A stretch of 50,183 bases of DNA from Candidatus Rokuibacteriota bacterium (GTDB taxonomy: Bacteria; Methylomirabilota; Methylomirabilia; Rokubacteriales; CSP1-6): positions 1 through 50,183 of the forward strand of contig QHSM01000014.1 of the NCBI GenBank assembly GCA_003221595.1, given 5' to 3'. A program made the position numbers and the translations under genes. This document shows positions 33,414 to 43,879 of the stretch, piece by piece (positions within the stretch are counted from its first letter, which is position 1; every line of letters starts with the position of its first letter). Below the pieces are notes generated by a model. It was not told the DNA's origin, made no database searches, and saw nothing but the letters and a program-made list of their open reading frames with translations.

Positions 33414-33866
33414 ATGCAGGCACGCGGGCGCTACTGGGAGGACTTCAAGGTCGGTGAGCAGCTCGTGACGGGCCGGCGCACGGTCGAGGGCGGTGACGTC
33501 TCGCGCTTCGCCGGGCTCTCGGGCGACTTCAATCCCCTGCACACCGACGAGGTGTTCGCGAAGCAGACGCCGTTCGGCGCCCGGGTCGCCCACGGTATCC
33601 TGACGCTGGCGGTCTCCAACGGCCAGCAGAACCTCGCGGGCTGGTTCGAGGGGACGGCGCTCGCGCTGCTGGGGCTCGACCGGGTCCGCTTCACGGCGCC
33701 GGTCAAGTTCGGCGACACGATCCACACGGAGATGACGGTGACCGAGGCGCGGGCCTCCTCCAAGCCCGACCGCGGCGTGGTCACCTTCGACGTGACGGTG
33801 CGAAACCAGCGGGGCGACGCGGTCTGCTCCTACGCGACGAGCGTGCTCATGCGGAGGCGGACGTGA
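33414..33866 (+). CDS. MaoC-like (R)-specific enoyl-CoA hydratase/dehydratase (hot-dog fold)
   Basis: 150 aa. [18 protein letters not shown]...RVAHGIL. Confidence 0.85.
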   Translation: MQARGRYWEDFKVGEQLVTGRRTVEGGDVSRFAGLSGDFNPLHTDEVFAKQTPFGARVAHGILTLAVSNGQQNLAGWFEGTALALLGLDRVRFTAPVKFGDTIHTEMTVTEARASSKPDRGVVTFDVTVRNQRGDAVCSYATSVLMRRRT

Positions 33867-35029
33867 GGAAGGTCGCGCTGGTCGGTGCCGGGGTCTCGAG
33901 ATTCGGAGTGCGCAAGGCCAGCTATCGCGACCTGATCTGGGAAGCCGGCAAGGCGTGCTTCGACTCCATGCCGGCGGTGAAGCCGAGGGACGTGCAGGGG
34001 CTCGTGGTCGGCTCCGTCATGCCGGAGCGGACGGCCTTCCAGTCCCACATCGCGTCGATGGCCGCGGAGGCGCTCGGGATCCGGCCGAGCGCGCTCAGCG
34101 CCCGGACCGAGCACATGTGCGCCTCGGGGACCGTCGGTATCCGCTACGCGTACGCGTTCATCGCGGCCGGCCTCGCCGACCTCGTCATGGTGCTCGGCGT
34201 CGAGAAGCTGAATCAGCCGCGGGGCGACGAGGCGATCCTGAACATGGGCACCGGCGTGGACCGCGAGTGGGAGGCGGCGTTCGGGCTCACGGCGCCCCCC
34301 TGCTTCGCCCTGGCCGCCCAGCGGCACATGGCCGAGTACGGCACGACCGAGGAGCAGCTCGCCATGGTCGGCCTGAAGAATCACACGCACGCGTCGAAGA
34401 ACCCGAACGCCCATTTCCAGAAGGGCGCGACGCTCGATCAGATCCTGTGCTCGCGGATGATCTCGACGCCGCTCAGGCTCTTCATGTGCTCGCCGATCAC
34501 CGACGGCGCCGCCGCGGTGCTCGTCGCCTCCGAGGACCGCGCCCGTGACCTCACCGACCGACCGGTGTGGATCCGCGGCACCGGCCAGGCGCTCGACGGA
34601 TTCCAGCTGACCTCGCTTCACGAGGATTACGCCCGGTGGCCCGCGCTCGAGCGCGCCGCGCAGAGCGCGTACCGCATGGCCGGCATCGCGCCCGCCGACG
34701 TGGACGTCGCCGAGGTCCACGACTGCTTCGCCATCGCCGAGCTGATCGCGTACGAGGAGCTCGGCTTCTGCCGGAAGGGCGAGGCGGGGCCGTTCGTCGC
34801 GGCGGGGCGGAGCGACTACGGCGGCGACGTGGTGGTGAACCCGCGGGGCGGGCTGATCGGCTGCGGCCATCCGCTCGGCGCCACCGGCGTCGCCCAGGCC
34901 GCGGAGGTGTTCGCGCAGCTGCGCGGCGAAGCCGGCGCGCGTCAGGTTCCCGACGCCAGGGTCGGCCTCACGCACAACAACAGCGGCATGGGCGAGCACG
35001 TGGTCATGATCTACGGGCGCGAGGCGTGA
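33863..35029 (+). CDS. Thiolase-domain protein (SCP-x/archaeal-type thiolase that usually pairs with a DUF35 protein)
   Basis: 388 aa. Active-site Cys in [18 protein letters not shown], and [18 protein letters not shown] overlap with the MaoC gene. Confidence 0.85.
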   Translation: MRKVALVGAGVSRFGVRKASYRDLIWEAGKACFDSMPAVKPRDVQGLVVGSVMPERTAFQSHIASMAAEALGIRPSALSARTEHMCASGTVGIRYAYAFIAAGLADLVMVLGVEKLNQPRGDEAILNMGTGVDREWEAAFGLTAPPCFALAAQRHMAEYGTTEEQLAMVGLKNHTHASKNPNAHFQKGATLDQILCSRMISTPLRLFMCSPITDGAAAVLVASEDRARDLTDRPVWIRGTGQALDGFQLTSLHEDYARWPALERAAQSAYRMAGIAPADVDVAEVHDCFAIAELIAYEELGFCRKGEAGPFVAAGRSDYGGDVVVNPRGGLIGCGHPLGATGVAQAAEVFAQLRGEAGARQVPDARVGLTHNNSGMGEHVVMIYGREA

Positions 35030-35039
35030 TGGGCGAGCC

Positions 35040-35996
35040 ATGAGCCTGAATCGGGTCGCCGTGCTCGGGCCCGGACGGATCGGGCGCCAGATCGCGCTCA
35101 CCTTCGCGCTGGGCGGGTCGCCGGTGGCGCTGGTCGACCTCAAGGACCGGTCCGCCGGCGAGGCGGCCTCCGTGTTCGCCGACGCCCGACGGGAGATCGC
35201 GCGCGACCTGCGGCTCATGGCGGAGGAGGGAGTGATCTCCGCCGGAGAGATTCCCCCGACGCTCGCGCGGCTCGAGGACCGGCGAGGGCTCGACGGGCTC
35301 GAGGACTGCGGGTTCGTTCAAGAGGCGCTCCCCGAGCTGGTCGACCTCAAGCGCGATGTGCTCGCGCGCGTGTCGGCCCGCGTGGCGCCCGAGGCGATCA
35401 TCGCGTCGACCAGCTCGACCATCTCGCCGGCGCATCTCGTCGGCGCCATCAGCGGCGGCGAGCGCTTTCTCGTCGTGCACTGGCTCAATCCCGCGCACAT
35501 CATCCCGCTGGTCGAGGTGGTTGCCGGCCGGGCGACCGACGCCGGCGTCGTGGAGCGGACCGTTGCGCTGCTCGAGAAGCTCGGCAAGACCCCGGTGCGC
35601 TGCGCCGACTCACCCGGCTTCATCGGGCCAAGGATGCAGGCCCTGCTCATGAACGAGGCGGTGCGCCTGGTCGAGGAGGGCGTGGCGACGCCCGAGGACG
35701 TCGACCGCGCGTTCAAGGCCGGCATGGGGTTCCGCTACGCGACGGTCGGAATCTTCGAGTTCATCGACTGGGGCGGCGTGGACGTCCTGCACCGCGCCAG
35801 CCGGTTCCTGGCGACAGCCCTCGCCGACGATCGCTTCCGGCCCGCGCGGCTGGTCGAGGAGAAGATGGCGCGGAACGAGCTCGGATCGAAGACCGGCCGC
35901 GGGTTCTTCGACTACACCGGCGACCAGCGCGAGGCGTTCGAGAGCGCGAAGGTGCGGGCCCTGCTCCGGCAGCTCCGTCGCCACCGGAGTGCCTGA
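35040..35996 (+). CDS. 3-hydroxyacyl-CoA dehydrogenase family protein
   Basis: 318 aa. VAVLGPGRIGRQIA Rossmann motif, HWLNPAHIIPLVEVV, and GFIGPRMQALLMNEA. Confidence 0.85.
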   Translation: MSLNRVAVLGPGRIGRQIALTFALGGSPVALVDLKDRSAGEAASVFADARREIARDLRLMAEEGVISAGEIPPTLARLEDRRGLDGLEDCGFVQEALPELVDLKRDVLARVSARVAPEAIIASTSSTISPAHLVGAISGGERFLVVHWLNPAHIIPLVEVVAGRATDAGVVERTVALLEKLGKTPVRCADSPGFIGPRMQALLMNEAVRLVEEGVATPEDVDRAFKAGMGFRYATVGIFEFIDWGGVDVLHRASRFLATALADDRFRPARLVEEKMARNELGSKTGRGFFDYTGDQREAFESAKVRALLRQLRRHRSA

Positions 35997-36426
35997 CGTG
36001 CTCTACTTCCGCGCGACCGATCCGTTCCCGCTGGAGTCGGCGGATCACACCAAGCTCCACGAGTTCTACACGCGGCTCGCCGCCGGGCGCCTGGCGACCA
36101 CGCGCTGCGGCGCGTGCGGGCGTCTGGCCTGGCCGCCGCGCGGGTTCTGCGGAGAATGCGGCTCCGACCGGTTCGACTGGACCGATCTGTCGGGCCTCGG
36201 GACGATCCACGCGTTCACCGTCCAGGAAGCGGGCCTGCCGGCCGGCTTCGACGGGCCGCGCGTCTTCGCGATCGTGAAGATCGACGGCCTGCGGGTCTTT
36301 TCGATCCTTGTCGACGCGGAGCCGTCGTCCATCGCCGTCGGGCAGCCCGTGCGCCTCGCGCCGCTGCGGGTCGCCGACGACCCCAGCGGGAGCCCGCGCT
36401 GGCTTCCGGCGTTTCGACCGGCATGA
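35989..36426 (+). CDS. DUF35 OB-fold/zinc-ribbon acyl-CoA-associated protein (thiolase partner)
   Basis: 145 aa. Rubredoxin-like [20 protein letters not shown] followed by an OB-fold-like region. The GTG start overlaps the upstream gene by 8 nt. Confidence 0.8.
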   Translation: MPDVLYFRATDPFPLESADHTKLHEFYTRLAAGRLATTRCGACGRLAWPPRGFCGECGSDRFDWTDLSGLGTIHAFTVQEAGLPAGFDGPRVFAIVKIDGLRVFSILVDAEPSSIAVGQPVRLAPLRVADDPSGSPRWLPAFRPA

Positions 36427-36818
36427 GGGTGCTCATCGCCAAGCCGGGGCTCGACGGACACGACCGCGGCGCGAAGGTCGTGGCTCACGCGCTTCGCGAC
36501 GCGGGGATCGAGGTCATCTACTCCGGGCTCAAGCGGACGCCCGAGGAGATCGTCCAGGAAGCGATTCAGGAAGACGTCGATGTCGTCGGGCTCTCGATCC
36601 TGTCCGGCGCGCACATGCTGCTGGCGCGTCGCGTGCTCGACGGGCTCAGGGCACAGGACGCCGCCGACATCGCGGTGGTGGTGGGCGGCACCATTCCGCC
36701 GCGCGACGTCGAGTCCCTGAAGCGGCTGGGCGTGCAGGACGTCTTCCCGATGGGCACGCCGCTCCCCGAGATCGTGAAGGCGTTCCGTCGGGCCGAGCGC
36801 CCGGGAGGAGAGGGATGA
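36423..36818 (+). CDS. Cobalamin (B12)-binding small subunit of an acyl-CoA mutase
   Basis: 131 aa. The DxHxxG motif appears as [11 protein letters not shown], followed by [10 protein letters not shown] and [12 protein letters not shown] overlaps occur at both ends. Confidence 0.9.
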   Translation: MRVLIAKPGLDGHDRGAKVVAHALRDAGIEVIYSGLKRTPEEIVQEAIQEDVDVVGLSILSGAHMLLARRVLDGLRAQDAADIAVVVGGTIPPRDVESLKRLGVQDVFPMGTPLPEIVKAFRRAERPGGEG

Positions 36819-38410
36819 AAGAGCTGCGAGCGCACGCCGGCTTTCCGATCGCGCCGGCTTACGGGCCCGAGGATCTCGCCGGCGTCGATTTCGAGCGCGA
36901 CATCGGGCGACCCGGCGAGTACCCGTTCACGCGGGGCATTCACAAGCACATGTACCGGGAGCGCCTCTGGACGATGCGGCAATATATCGGATTCGGCACT
37001 CCGGAGGAAACTAATGCGCGTTTCAAATACTTGATGGCGCATGGACAAGACGCCCTAAATGTTGCTTTTGATCTTCCGACTCAACTCGGACTGGATTCGG
37101 ATGATGCCAAGGCGGAAGGCGAAGTCGGCCGCGTCGGCATGGCGGTGGACACGCTCGCCGACATGGAGGCGGCCTTCGACGGGATCCCGCTCGACCGCGT
37201 GAGCGTGTCGCTCACCATCAACGGCATGGCGGCGCCGATCACCGCCATGTACTACGCGGTTGCCGAGAAGCAGGGCGCGGCGCCCGAGCGCGTCGTCACC
37301 ACGCCCCAGAACGACATCCTCAAGGAGTTCATCGCGCGCGGAACCTGGATCTACCCGGTCGATCCCTCGCTGCGGCTCGTCGCCGACCTCATCGAGTTCT
37401 CGGCGCGGCACTACCCGCGCTCCAACCCGGTGTCGGTGTGCGGCTATCACATCCGCGAGGCCGGCTGCACCACGGCCCAGGAGATGGCGTACGGTCTCGC
37501 GATCGCCGCGGCGTACGTCGAGCTCATGCTGGCGCGGGGGATGGCGGTCGACGACTTCGCGCCGCGGATCTCGTTCAACTTCACCGCGTGGGGAAAGATC
37601 TTCGAGGAGGTGGCGAAGTTCCGGGCCGGCCGGCGCCTCTACGCGCGCATGCTGCGCGAGCGGTTCCAGGCGTCGAACCCGAGGTCGTGGATGTTCCGGA
37701 GTCTCATCGGCGGCGGCGGCTCCGCGTTCGCGGTGCAGGAGCCCGAGAACAACATCGTGCGCGGCGCTTACATCGCGCTCGCCGGGGCCCTCGCCGGCGC
37801 CCAGACGATGGCGCTGCCGACCTACGATGAGGCGTACACGATTCCGTCTCCGAAAGCCCAGCTCATCGCGCTCCGCACCATGCAGATCTGCGCCGAGGAG
37901 TCGGGCGCCGCCGACACGGCGGATCCGCTCGCCGGCTCATACTACGTGGAGGCCCTCACCACCGCGATGGAGAAGCAGATCCTGGACGAGCTGGCGCGCG
38001 TCGAGCGCATGGGCGGCATCGTCGAGGCCGTCAAGAGCGGCGCCGTCCAGGCCGAGGTGGCCCGCCAGGCGTACCTGTTCGAGCAGCGGATCGTGTCCGG
38101 GGAGATTCCGAAGGTCGCGGTCAACTGTCACGTCGGCGACCGACCCGCCGAGGCCGACCGGGACGTCGAGCTCTACTCGTTCGATCCGAGCGCGACCGAG
38201 GCTCAGGTGGCCAAGCTCGCGCGGATCCGTGCGGAGCGGGACGACGGCGTGGCCCGCGCCGCCCTCGACCGGCTCGCCGACGAGGCGCGCGGGAGCGCGA
38301 ACCTCATGTACCCCATCATGGAGGCGGTCAAGGCGTACGCGACCCTCGGCGAGATGGCGCACGCCATGAAGCGTGTCTTCGGCGAGCACCAGGAGGCGGT
38401 GAGGCTCTGA
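36815..38410 (+). CDS. Acyl-CoA mutase large (substrate-binding TIM-barrel) subunit, methylmalonyl-CoA-mutase-like active-site residues
   Basis: 531 aa. [25 protein letters not shown] has Tyr at the MCM Tyr89 position. [15 protein letters not shown] has Arg at the Arg207 position. CGYHIREAG carries the Tyr-His pair. No MeaB-like chaperone or epimerase gene is in the window. Confidence 0.9.
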   Translation: MKELRAHAGFPIAPAYGPEDLAGVDFERDIGRPGEYPFTRGIHKHMYRERLWTMRQYIGFGTPEETNARFKYLMAHGQDALNVAFDLPTQLGLDSDDAKAEGEVGRVGMAVDTLADMEAAFDGIPLDRVSVSLTINGMAAPITAMYYAVAEKQGAAPERVVTTPQNDILKEFIARGTWIYPVDPSLRLVADLIEFSARHYPRSNPVSVCGYHIREAGCTTAQEMAYGLAIAAAYVELMLARGMAVDDFAPRISFNFTAWGKIFEEVAKFRAGRRLYARMLRERFQASNPRSWMFRSLIGGGGSAFAVQEPENNIVRGAYIALAGALAGAQTMALPTYDEAYTIPSPKAQLIALRTMQICAEESGAADTADPLAGSYYVEALTTAMEKQILDELARVERMGGIVEAVKSGAVQAEVARQAYLFEQRIVSGEIPKVAVNCHVGDRPAEADRDVELYSFDPSATEAQVAKLARIRAERDDGVARAALDRLADEARGSANLMYPIMEAVKAYATLGEMAHAMKRVFGEHQEAVRL

Positions 38411-38412
38411 CG

Positions 38413-40692
38413 ATGGCGCAGCCGTTCACCATCGTCGGCAAGTCCACCCCAAAACTCGATGGCCCGGACAAGGTGACGGGCCGCACGCGCTATCTCCACG
38501 ACCTCGAGCTACCCCGCCTCGCGCACGGCAAGATCCTCCGGACCCGGCTTCCGCACGCGCGGATCGTCCGCCTCGACGCCAGCCGGGCCCGCGCGCGGGC
38601 CGGCGTGCTCGCGGTGGTGACCGGCGCCGACGTCCAGCAGCATCCCTTCGGCTTCGCCAAGGACCAGCTCGCCCTGAAACGCGGCAAGGTCCGCTGCATC
38701 CGCGACGAGGTCGCCGCGGTCGCCGCCGAGACGCCGGAGATCGCCGAGGAGGCGCTCGAGCTCATCGACGTCGAGTACGAGGAGCTGCCCGCGGTGTTCG
38801 ATCCCCTGAAGGCCCTCGAGCCGGGCGCGCCGCTCGTTCACGAAGAGCTCACGACGAACCGCCATCATCTCCGCTACCAGTTCACTCACGGCGACGTGGA
38901 CCGGGCGCTGGCCCAGGCGGCCGCCGTGGTCGAGGACACGTACCGGCTGGGCTTCGTGACGCCGGCCTGCATGGGCACGATGGTCGCGATCGCCGACTGG
39001 GACCCGGCCGGCAACTTGACGATGTGGACGACGACCCAGGTGCCGTTCATCTACCAGCGCGACCTGGGCGAGGCGCTGGGAATCGGCGGTGACCGCATCC
39101 GCGTGCTGCAACCCCCGGTCGGGGGCAACTTCGGCCGCGGCCTCGATCTCTACCCGATCGACGTCATCGCCGCGCTGCTCGCGCGCGCGGCGCGGCGCCC
39201 CGTGAAGATCGAGTTCGATCGGGTCGAGGAGTTCCTGGCCTGCCCCACGCGCGAGGCGTGCGCGATCTGGCTGCGCACCGCGGCCGATCGCGACGGACGG
39301 CTGCTGGCGCGCGACGCGCACGTGACGATCGACGGCGGCGCCTACACCTCCTGGGGCTCCACCACGCCCTACGTGATGCTCTCGACGGTGGCCGGGCTCT
39401 ACCGGGTGCCGAACGTGCGCTTCGACACGACGATCGCCTACACGAACAACCCCTATTCGGGCTCGATGCGCGGCTACGGCAACCCCGAGTCCACGTTTGC
39501 GGTCGAGTCGCAGATGGACGACCTGGCCGACCGGCTCGGCATGGACCGGCTCGCGCTGCGACGGTTGAACGCGCCGAAGCCCGGCGACGTGAGCCCGCAG
39601 GGATTCGTCCTCACGTCGTTCGCGATGCGCGAGTGCCTCGACGCGGCGGCGGCGGAGATCGCGCGCAACCCGCCCCCGCCGACGCCCGGCTGGAAGCGCG
39701 GCGTAGGCTACGCGGGCATGTTCCACGTCGGCGGCGGCGCCCGGATCTACCGCTCGGACGGCTGCGGCGCGATCGTGAAGCTCGACGACTTCGGCAAGGT
39801 CACGCTGATCACCGGCGCGAGCGAGATCGGCCAGGGCTCGGAGACCGTGCTGGCGATGATCGTCGCCGAGACGCTGGGCGTGCCGCTCGCGCGCGTCGAC
39901 GTGGTGAATTCCGACACCAGCATCCGCCCGTGGGACGTCGGGACGCACGCGAGCCGGACCACGTTCGTCGCCGGCAATGCCGCGCGGCAGGCGGCCGAGA
40001 AGGTGAGAACGCAGCTGCTCGACATGGCGGCCGCGCAGTTCGACGAGCCGGCGGCCGCCCTCGACGTGAAGGGCGGCTGGGTTTTCGCCCGGCGCGACCC
40101 GCAACGCCGGGTACAATACGAGGCCGTCGCCCGGGCCGGGCACTTCCGGGGCGGCGGGCGCATGCTGGTGGCCGAGGCGTTTTACGATCCGCCGACGACG
40201 ATGCTCGACAAGGACTTCCAGGGGAACGTGTCCGCGGCGTACACCTCGGCGTTTCAGGCGGTGCTGGTCGACGTCGACCCGGAGATCGGCCGGGTCGTCG
40301 TTCGCAAGGTGGCGTCCGCTCACGACGTGGGCCGGGCGCTCAACCCGGCGGCCGCCGAGGGACAGGTGCACGGCGGTATCCACATGGGACTCGGCTACGC
40401 GCTCTCCGAGAGGCTCGTCGTCGAGCGGGGACAGGTGGTGACCCAGACCTTCATGGACTACGCGGTCCTCAAGGCCGACGACATGCCGGAGATCGAGGTC
40501 CGCCTGATCGAGTCCGTCGACGCCGAAGGACCGTTCGGCGCCAAGGGCCTCGGCGAGTCCGGCGTCATCCCCGTCGCGGCCGCGGTCCGCAACGCGATCA
40601 AGGACGCGACCGGCGTCCGATGCAACGAGTTGCCCGTCACACCCGAGCGCCTCCTGGCGGGGCTGGGGGCGGCGATCCGTGGTGGGAGTTGA
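38413..40692 (+). CDS. Xanthine-dehydrogenase/aldehyde-oxidase-family molybdopterin-binding large subunit
   Basis: 759 aa. VGKSTPKLDGPDKVTGRTRYLHD, GGNFG, GSMRGYGNPESTFAVESQMD, and GLGESGVIPVAAAVRNAI. There is a 2-nt gap to the mutase gene and a 1-nt gap to the CoA-transferase gene. Confidence 0.9.
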   Translation: MAQPFTIVGKSTPKLDGPDKVTGRTRYLHDLELPRLAHGKILRTRLPHARIVRLDASRARARAGVLAVVTGADVQQHPFGFAKDQLALKRGKVRCIRDEVAAVAAETPEIAEEALELIDVEYEELPAVFDPLKALEPGAPLVHEELTTNRHHLRYQFTHGDVDRALAQAAAVVEDTYRLGFVTPACMGTMVAIADWDPAGNLTMWTTTQVPFIYQRDLGEALGIGGDRIRVLQPPVGGNFGRGLDLYPIDVIAALLARAARRPVKIEFDRVEEFLACPTREACAIWLRTAADRDGRLLARDAHVTIDGGAYTSWGSTTPYVMLSTVAGLYRVPNVRFDTTIAYTNNPYSGSMRGYGNPESTFAVESQMDDLADRLGMDRLALRRLNAPKPGDVSPQGFVLTSFAMRECLDAAAAEIARNPPPPTPGWKRGVGYAGMFHVGGGARIYRSDGCGAIVKLDDFGKVTLITGASEIGQGSETVLAMIVAETLGVPLARVDVVNSDTSIRPWDVGTHASRTTFVAGNAARQAAEKVRTQLLDMAAAQFDEPAAALDVKGGWVFARRDPQRRVQYEAVARAGHFRGGGRMLVAEAFYDPPTTMLDKDFQGNVSAAYTSAFQAVLVDVDPEIGRVVVRKVASAHDVGRALNPAAAEGQVHGGIHMGLGYALSERLVVERGQVVTQTFMDYAVLKADDMPEIEVRLIESVDAEGPFGAKGLGESGVIPVAAAVRNAIKDATGVRCNELPVTPERLLAGLGAAIRGGS

Positions 40693-40693
40693 G

Positions 40694-41887
40694 ATGAAGC
40701 TCTTCGAAGGCGTTCGCGTCCTCGACCTCTCGCGCATGCTCGCGGGGCCGTACGGCTCGATGCTGCTGGCCGACCTGGGCGCCGAGGTGATCAAGATCGA
40801 GGATCCCGACGGCGGCGATCCGATGCGCATGATGGGACCGCCGTTCCTGCCCGACGGCGAGTCGGCGTACTTCCTGGCCATCAACCGGAACAAGAAATCG
40901 ATCGCGCTCGACGTGTCCCGGGAGCGCGGCCGCGAGGTCCTCTACGACCTGGTTCGGCAGGCGGACATCGTCTGGGAGAATTTCCGGCCCGGCATCATGG
41001 AGCGTCTGGGTCTTTCGTACGCGAAGCTCTACTCGCTCAATCAGCGGATCATCGTCTGCGCCATCTCGGCGTACGGGCAGGAGGGGCCGTATCGCGAGTG
41101 GCCGGCGTTCGATCTCGCGCTGCAGGCCATGGGCGGCGCGATGTCGGTGACCGGCGAGCCGGGCGGGCGACCGGTCCGCATGGGACTCCCGATGGCCGAC
41201 CTGGCCGGCGGGCTCTTCGGCGCCTTCGCGGTCGCCGGCGCCCTCTTTCGGCGCGAGCGCACGGGCGAGGGAGCGCTCATCGACCTCTCGCTCCTCGACT
41301 GCCAGGTCTCGCTGCTCACGTACATCGCGCAGTACTTCTGGACGAACGGGCGCGTCCCGATACCGCTCGGCTCCGGCCACGCCTCGGTCGTGCCGTACTC
41401 GGCGCTCCAGACGCGCGACGGGAATCTGATCGTCGCGATCTTCGCCGAGAAGTTCTGGGGCGCCTTCTGTCGCGCGGTCGAGCATCCGGAATGGGAGCGC
41501 GACCTCCGGTTCTCGACCAATCGCGACCGGGTGCTCCACCGCGACGTGCTGATGCCGCTGGTCGAGGCCTCCTTCCGGACCCGGACCACGGCGGACTGGC
41601 TCGAGCGATTGCAGAAGCACAGCGTGCCGGCGACCCCGATCCTGACCGTCGACCGCGTCCTGTCCGATCCGCAGGTGATCCAGCGCGGGATGGTCATCAC
41701 CATGGATCATCCGCACTACGGCAAGACCCGGACGCTCGGCACCCCGGTCAAGATGGACGGCGCGATGGGGCTCGAGGTGACGCCGGCGCCGCGTCTGGGC
41801 CAGCAGACCAACGAGATCCTTACCGACATGCTCAAGTACTCGAACGTGAAGATCGCCGAGCTGCGCGCCACCGGAGCGATCGCGTGA
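40694..41887 (+). CDS. Family III CoA-transferase (CaiB/BaiF)
   Basis: 397 aa. Starts MKLFEGVRVLDLSRMLAGPYGSMLLADLGAEVIKIE and also contains ENFRPG. Confidence 0.9.
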   Translation: MKLFEGVRVLDLSRMLAGPYGSMLLADLGAEVIKIEDPDGGDPMRMMGPPFLPDGESAYFLAINRNKKSIALDVSRERGREVLYDLVRQADIVWENFRPGIMERLGLSYAKLYSLNQRIIVCAISAYGQEGPYREWPAFDLALQAMGGAMSVTGEPGGRPVRMGLPMADLAGGLFGAFAVAGALFRRERTGEGALIDLSLLDCQVSLLTYIAQYFWTNGRVPIPLGSGHASVVPYSALQTRDGNLIVAIFAEKFWGAFCRAVEHPEWERDLRFSTNRDRVLHRDVLMPLVEASFRTRTTADWLERLQKHSVPATPILTVDRVLSDPQVIQRGMVITMDHPHYGKTRTLGTPVKMDGAMGLEVTPAPRLGQQTNEILTDMLKYSNVKIAELRATGAIA

Positions 41888-41894
41888 CCGGTCA

Positions 41895-43004
41895 GTGAAC
41901 ATCGCGATCCTCGGCGGGGGCAACGGAGCCTTCGCGACCGCCGCCGACCTCGCGCTCGCGGGCCACGCCGTGCGTCTCTGGAGCCGGTCGCCGGAGACGC
42001 TGGCGCCGCTGACCGGCGACTCCACGATCGCGCTGGCGGCCGAGGGGCGGCAGGGGAAGGCGCGTCTGTCGCTCGTCACGACCGACCTCGCGGCGGCCCT
42101 CGCCGGCACCGAGGTCGTGATCGCGCCGCTTCCCGCGACGGGCCACGACGACCTCGCCGGCCGCCTGGCGCCGCACGTGAACGCCGGTCAGATCCTCCTG
42201 CTCACCCCGGGAACGCTCGGCAGCTACGCGATGGCGCGCGCGCTCGCCCGCGCCGGCGCGAAGCTGCCGTTCGCGCTCGCCGAGACCGGGACGCTGCCGT
42301 ACCTCGCGCGGAAGACCGGCGTCACGAGCGTCGCGGCGCCCGTTCGCGCGGCCAACCTCCCGCTCGGCGTCTTTCCGGCGTCGCGCGTCGAGCCGACGCG
42401 GGCGCGCCTGGCCGAGCTCTTTCCGTCCATCCGGCCGTGCGCCGACGCCCTCGACGCCGCGCTGACGAACGCGGGCCCGGTGATTCATCCGCCGCTCGTG
42501 CTCCTGAACGCGGGCCCGATCGACGGCGGGCGCTTCGACGTCCACGCCGCCGGCACCACGCCGAGCGTCCGCCGCCTCATCGACGCGGTCGACGCCGAGC
42601 GGGTCATGACGCGGCAGGGCTGGGACTACCCGGCGCCCCACTACGAGCTCGCCACGTACTACGACGAGGCGCGCGCCGCCGCGGGGCTCTACGGCGCGGG
42701 CGCCCGGGCGAAGCTCGTCGCGAGCGGCCTCTGGAGCGAGCTCCTCACGTTCGACCACCGGTACGTCACGGAGGACGTCGCCTTCGGCCTCACGCTCCTC
42801 GAGTCCGCCGCCCGCGCCGCGGGAGTCGAGACGCCGGCGATCTCGGGGCTCCTCCTGATCTTCCAGGCGCTGCTCGGGCGCGAGCTCTCCGGTCGGGGCC
42901 GGGCACTCGAGCACCTGGGCCTCGGCGATTTCAGCCGCCGCGAGATTCGCGCATTCCTGCGCGAGGGCTGGGAATCGCCGATGTGGGCGAAGGTGCTCCG
43001 CTGA
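41895..43004 (+). CDS. NAD(P)-dependent octopine/nopaline (opine) dehydrogenase family protein
   Basis: 369 aa. MNIAILGGGNGAFATAADLALAGHAVRLW, TGTLPY, NAGPVIHPP and YVTEDVAFGL are typical of the Octopine_DH domain. Confidence 0.75.
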   Translation: MNIAILGGGNGAFATAADLALAGHAVRLWSRSPETLAPLTGDSTIALAAEGRQGKARLSLVTTDLAAALAGTEVVIAPLPATGHDDLAGRLAPHVNAGQILLLTPGTLGSYAMARALARAGAKLPFALAETGTLPYLARKTGVTSVAAPVRAANLPLGVFPASRVEPTRARLAELFPSIRPCADALDAALTNAGPVIHPPLVLLNAGPIDGGRFDVHAAGTTPSVRRLIDAVDAERVMTRQGWDYPAPHYELATYYDEARAAAGLYGAGARAKLVASGLWSELLTFDHRYVTEDVAFGLTLLESAARAAGVETPAISGLLLIFQALLGRELSGRGRALEHLGLGDFSRREIRAFLREGWESPMWAKVLR

Positions 43005-43879
43005 CCACGGCGGCCCTTGCTCACGTCGTCGTGAGCGGCCTGGCCACCGGTTCGATCTACGCGCTGATGGCGCTGAGCCTCGTCATCATCTACAACGCCA
43101 CCCGCACGCTCAACTTCGCGCAGGGCGAGATGCTGATGATCTCGACGTTCGTCGGCTGGACGGCGCTCCAGCTGCTGCGGGCACCCTTGCTGGTGGCCCT
43201 GCTCGTCGCGGTCGTCGCGGCGGCGCTGCTGGCCTGGGTCCTCGAGCGGACGATCATCCGCCACGCGATCTCGGCGACCCACTTCGACGTGCTCATCATC
43301 ACGCTCGGCCTGTCGCTGATGCTCCGCTCCGCGGCCGGGCTCCTCTGGACCCACGACGAGTTCCCGTTCCCGTCGTTCTTCGGGAGCCGGCCGCTCGGGG
43401 TGGGCGCGGTGCGGGTGGCGCCGGCCTCGCTCGGCATCATCGGCGCTTCGCTCGCGCTGATGCTCGCCCTCGGCGCGCTGTTCCGCTGGACGCGCCTGGG
43501 CCGCGCCATGCGCGCGGTCGCCCAGAACCAGCGGGCGGCGCGACTCATGGGCATCAGCGTCGAGCAGGTCTACTCCGCGTCGTGGATCCTCGCCGCCGCG
43601 GTGGGCGCCGTCGCGGGCGTGCTGATCGCGCCGGTGGTCTTCCTGTCGTCGCAGATGGGACTGGTCGCCATCAACGGGTTCACCGCCGCGGTGCTCGGTG
43701 GCTTCGGCTCGATGCCGGGCGCGGTCGTGGGGGGCATGGTCCTCGGCGTGCTCGAGAACCTGGCGCCGCTCTACCTGCCCGCGTCGATCAAGCACTCCGT
43801 GCCGTTCCTGGTGATGATCACGATTCTGATCGTCAGACCCGGCGGCCTGTTCGGCCGGGTCGCGCCGCGAAAAGTGTGA
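42983..43879 (+). CDS. livH: Branched-chain amino acid ABC transporter permease (LivH-type)
   Basis: SGLATGSIYALMALSLVIIYNATRTLNFAQGEM. The start is uncertain: GTG 42983 overlaps the upstream gene by 22 nt, and no ATG is available. Confidence 0.8.
   Translation: MGEGAPLTTAALAHVVVSGLATGSIYALMALSLVIIYNATRTLNFAQGEMLMISTFVGWTALQLLRAPLLVALLVAVVAAALLAWVLERTIIRHAISATHFDVLIITLGLSLMLRSAAGLLWTHDEFPFPSFFGSRPLGVGAVRVAPASLGIIGASLALMLALGALFRWTRLGRAMRAVAQNQRAARLMGISVEQVYSASWILAAAVGAVAGVLIAPVVFLSSQMGLVAINGFTAAVLGGFGSMPGAVVGGMVLGVLENLAPLYLPASIKHSVPFLVMITILIVRPGGLFGRVAPRKV

Noticed and set aside
38509-40893. 794-aa antisense ORF across the second Mo-subunit gene. Comparable antisense or off-frame ORFs occur at 13423-15021, 25370-26662, 27912-29498, 32094-33725, 40637-42109, 47511-48854 and elsewhere.
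   Set aside because: The reasoning is the same. They have low-complexity Arg/Asp/Gly-rich translations and lie opposite confidently identified genes. They show no independent SD or start context.
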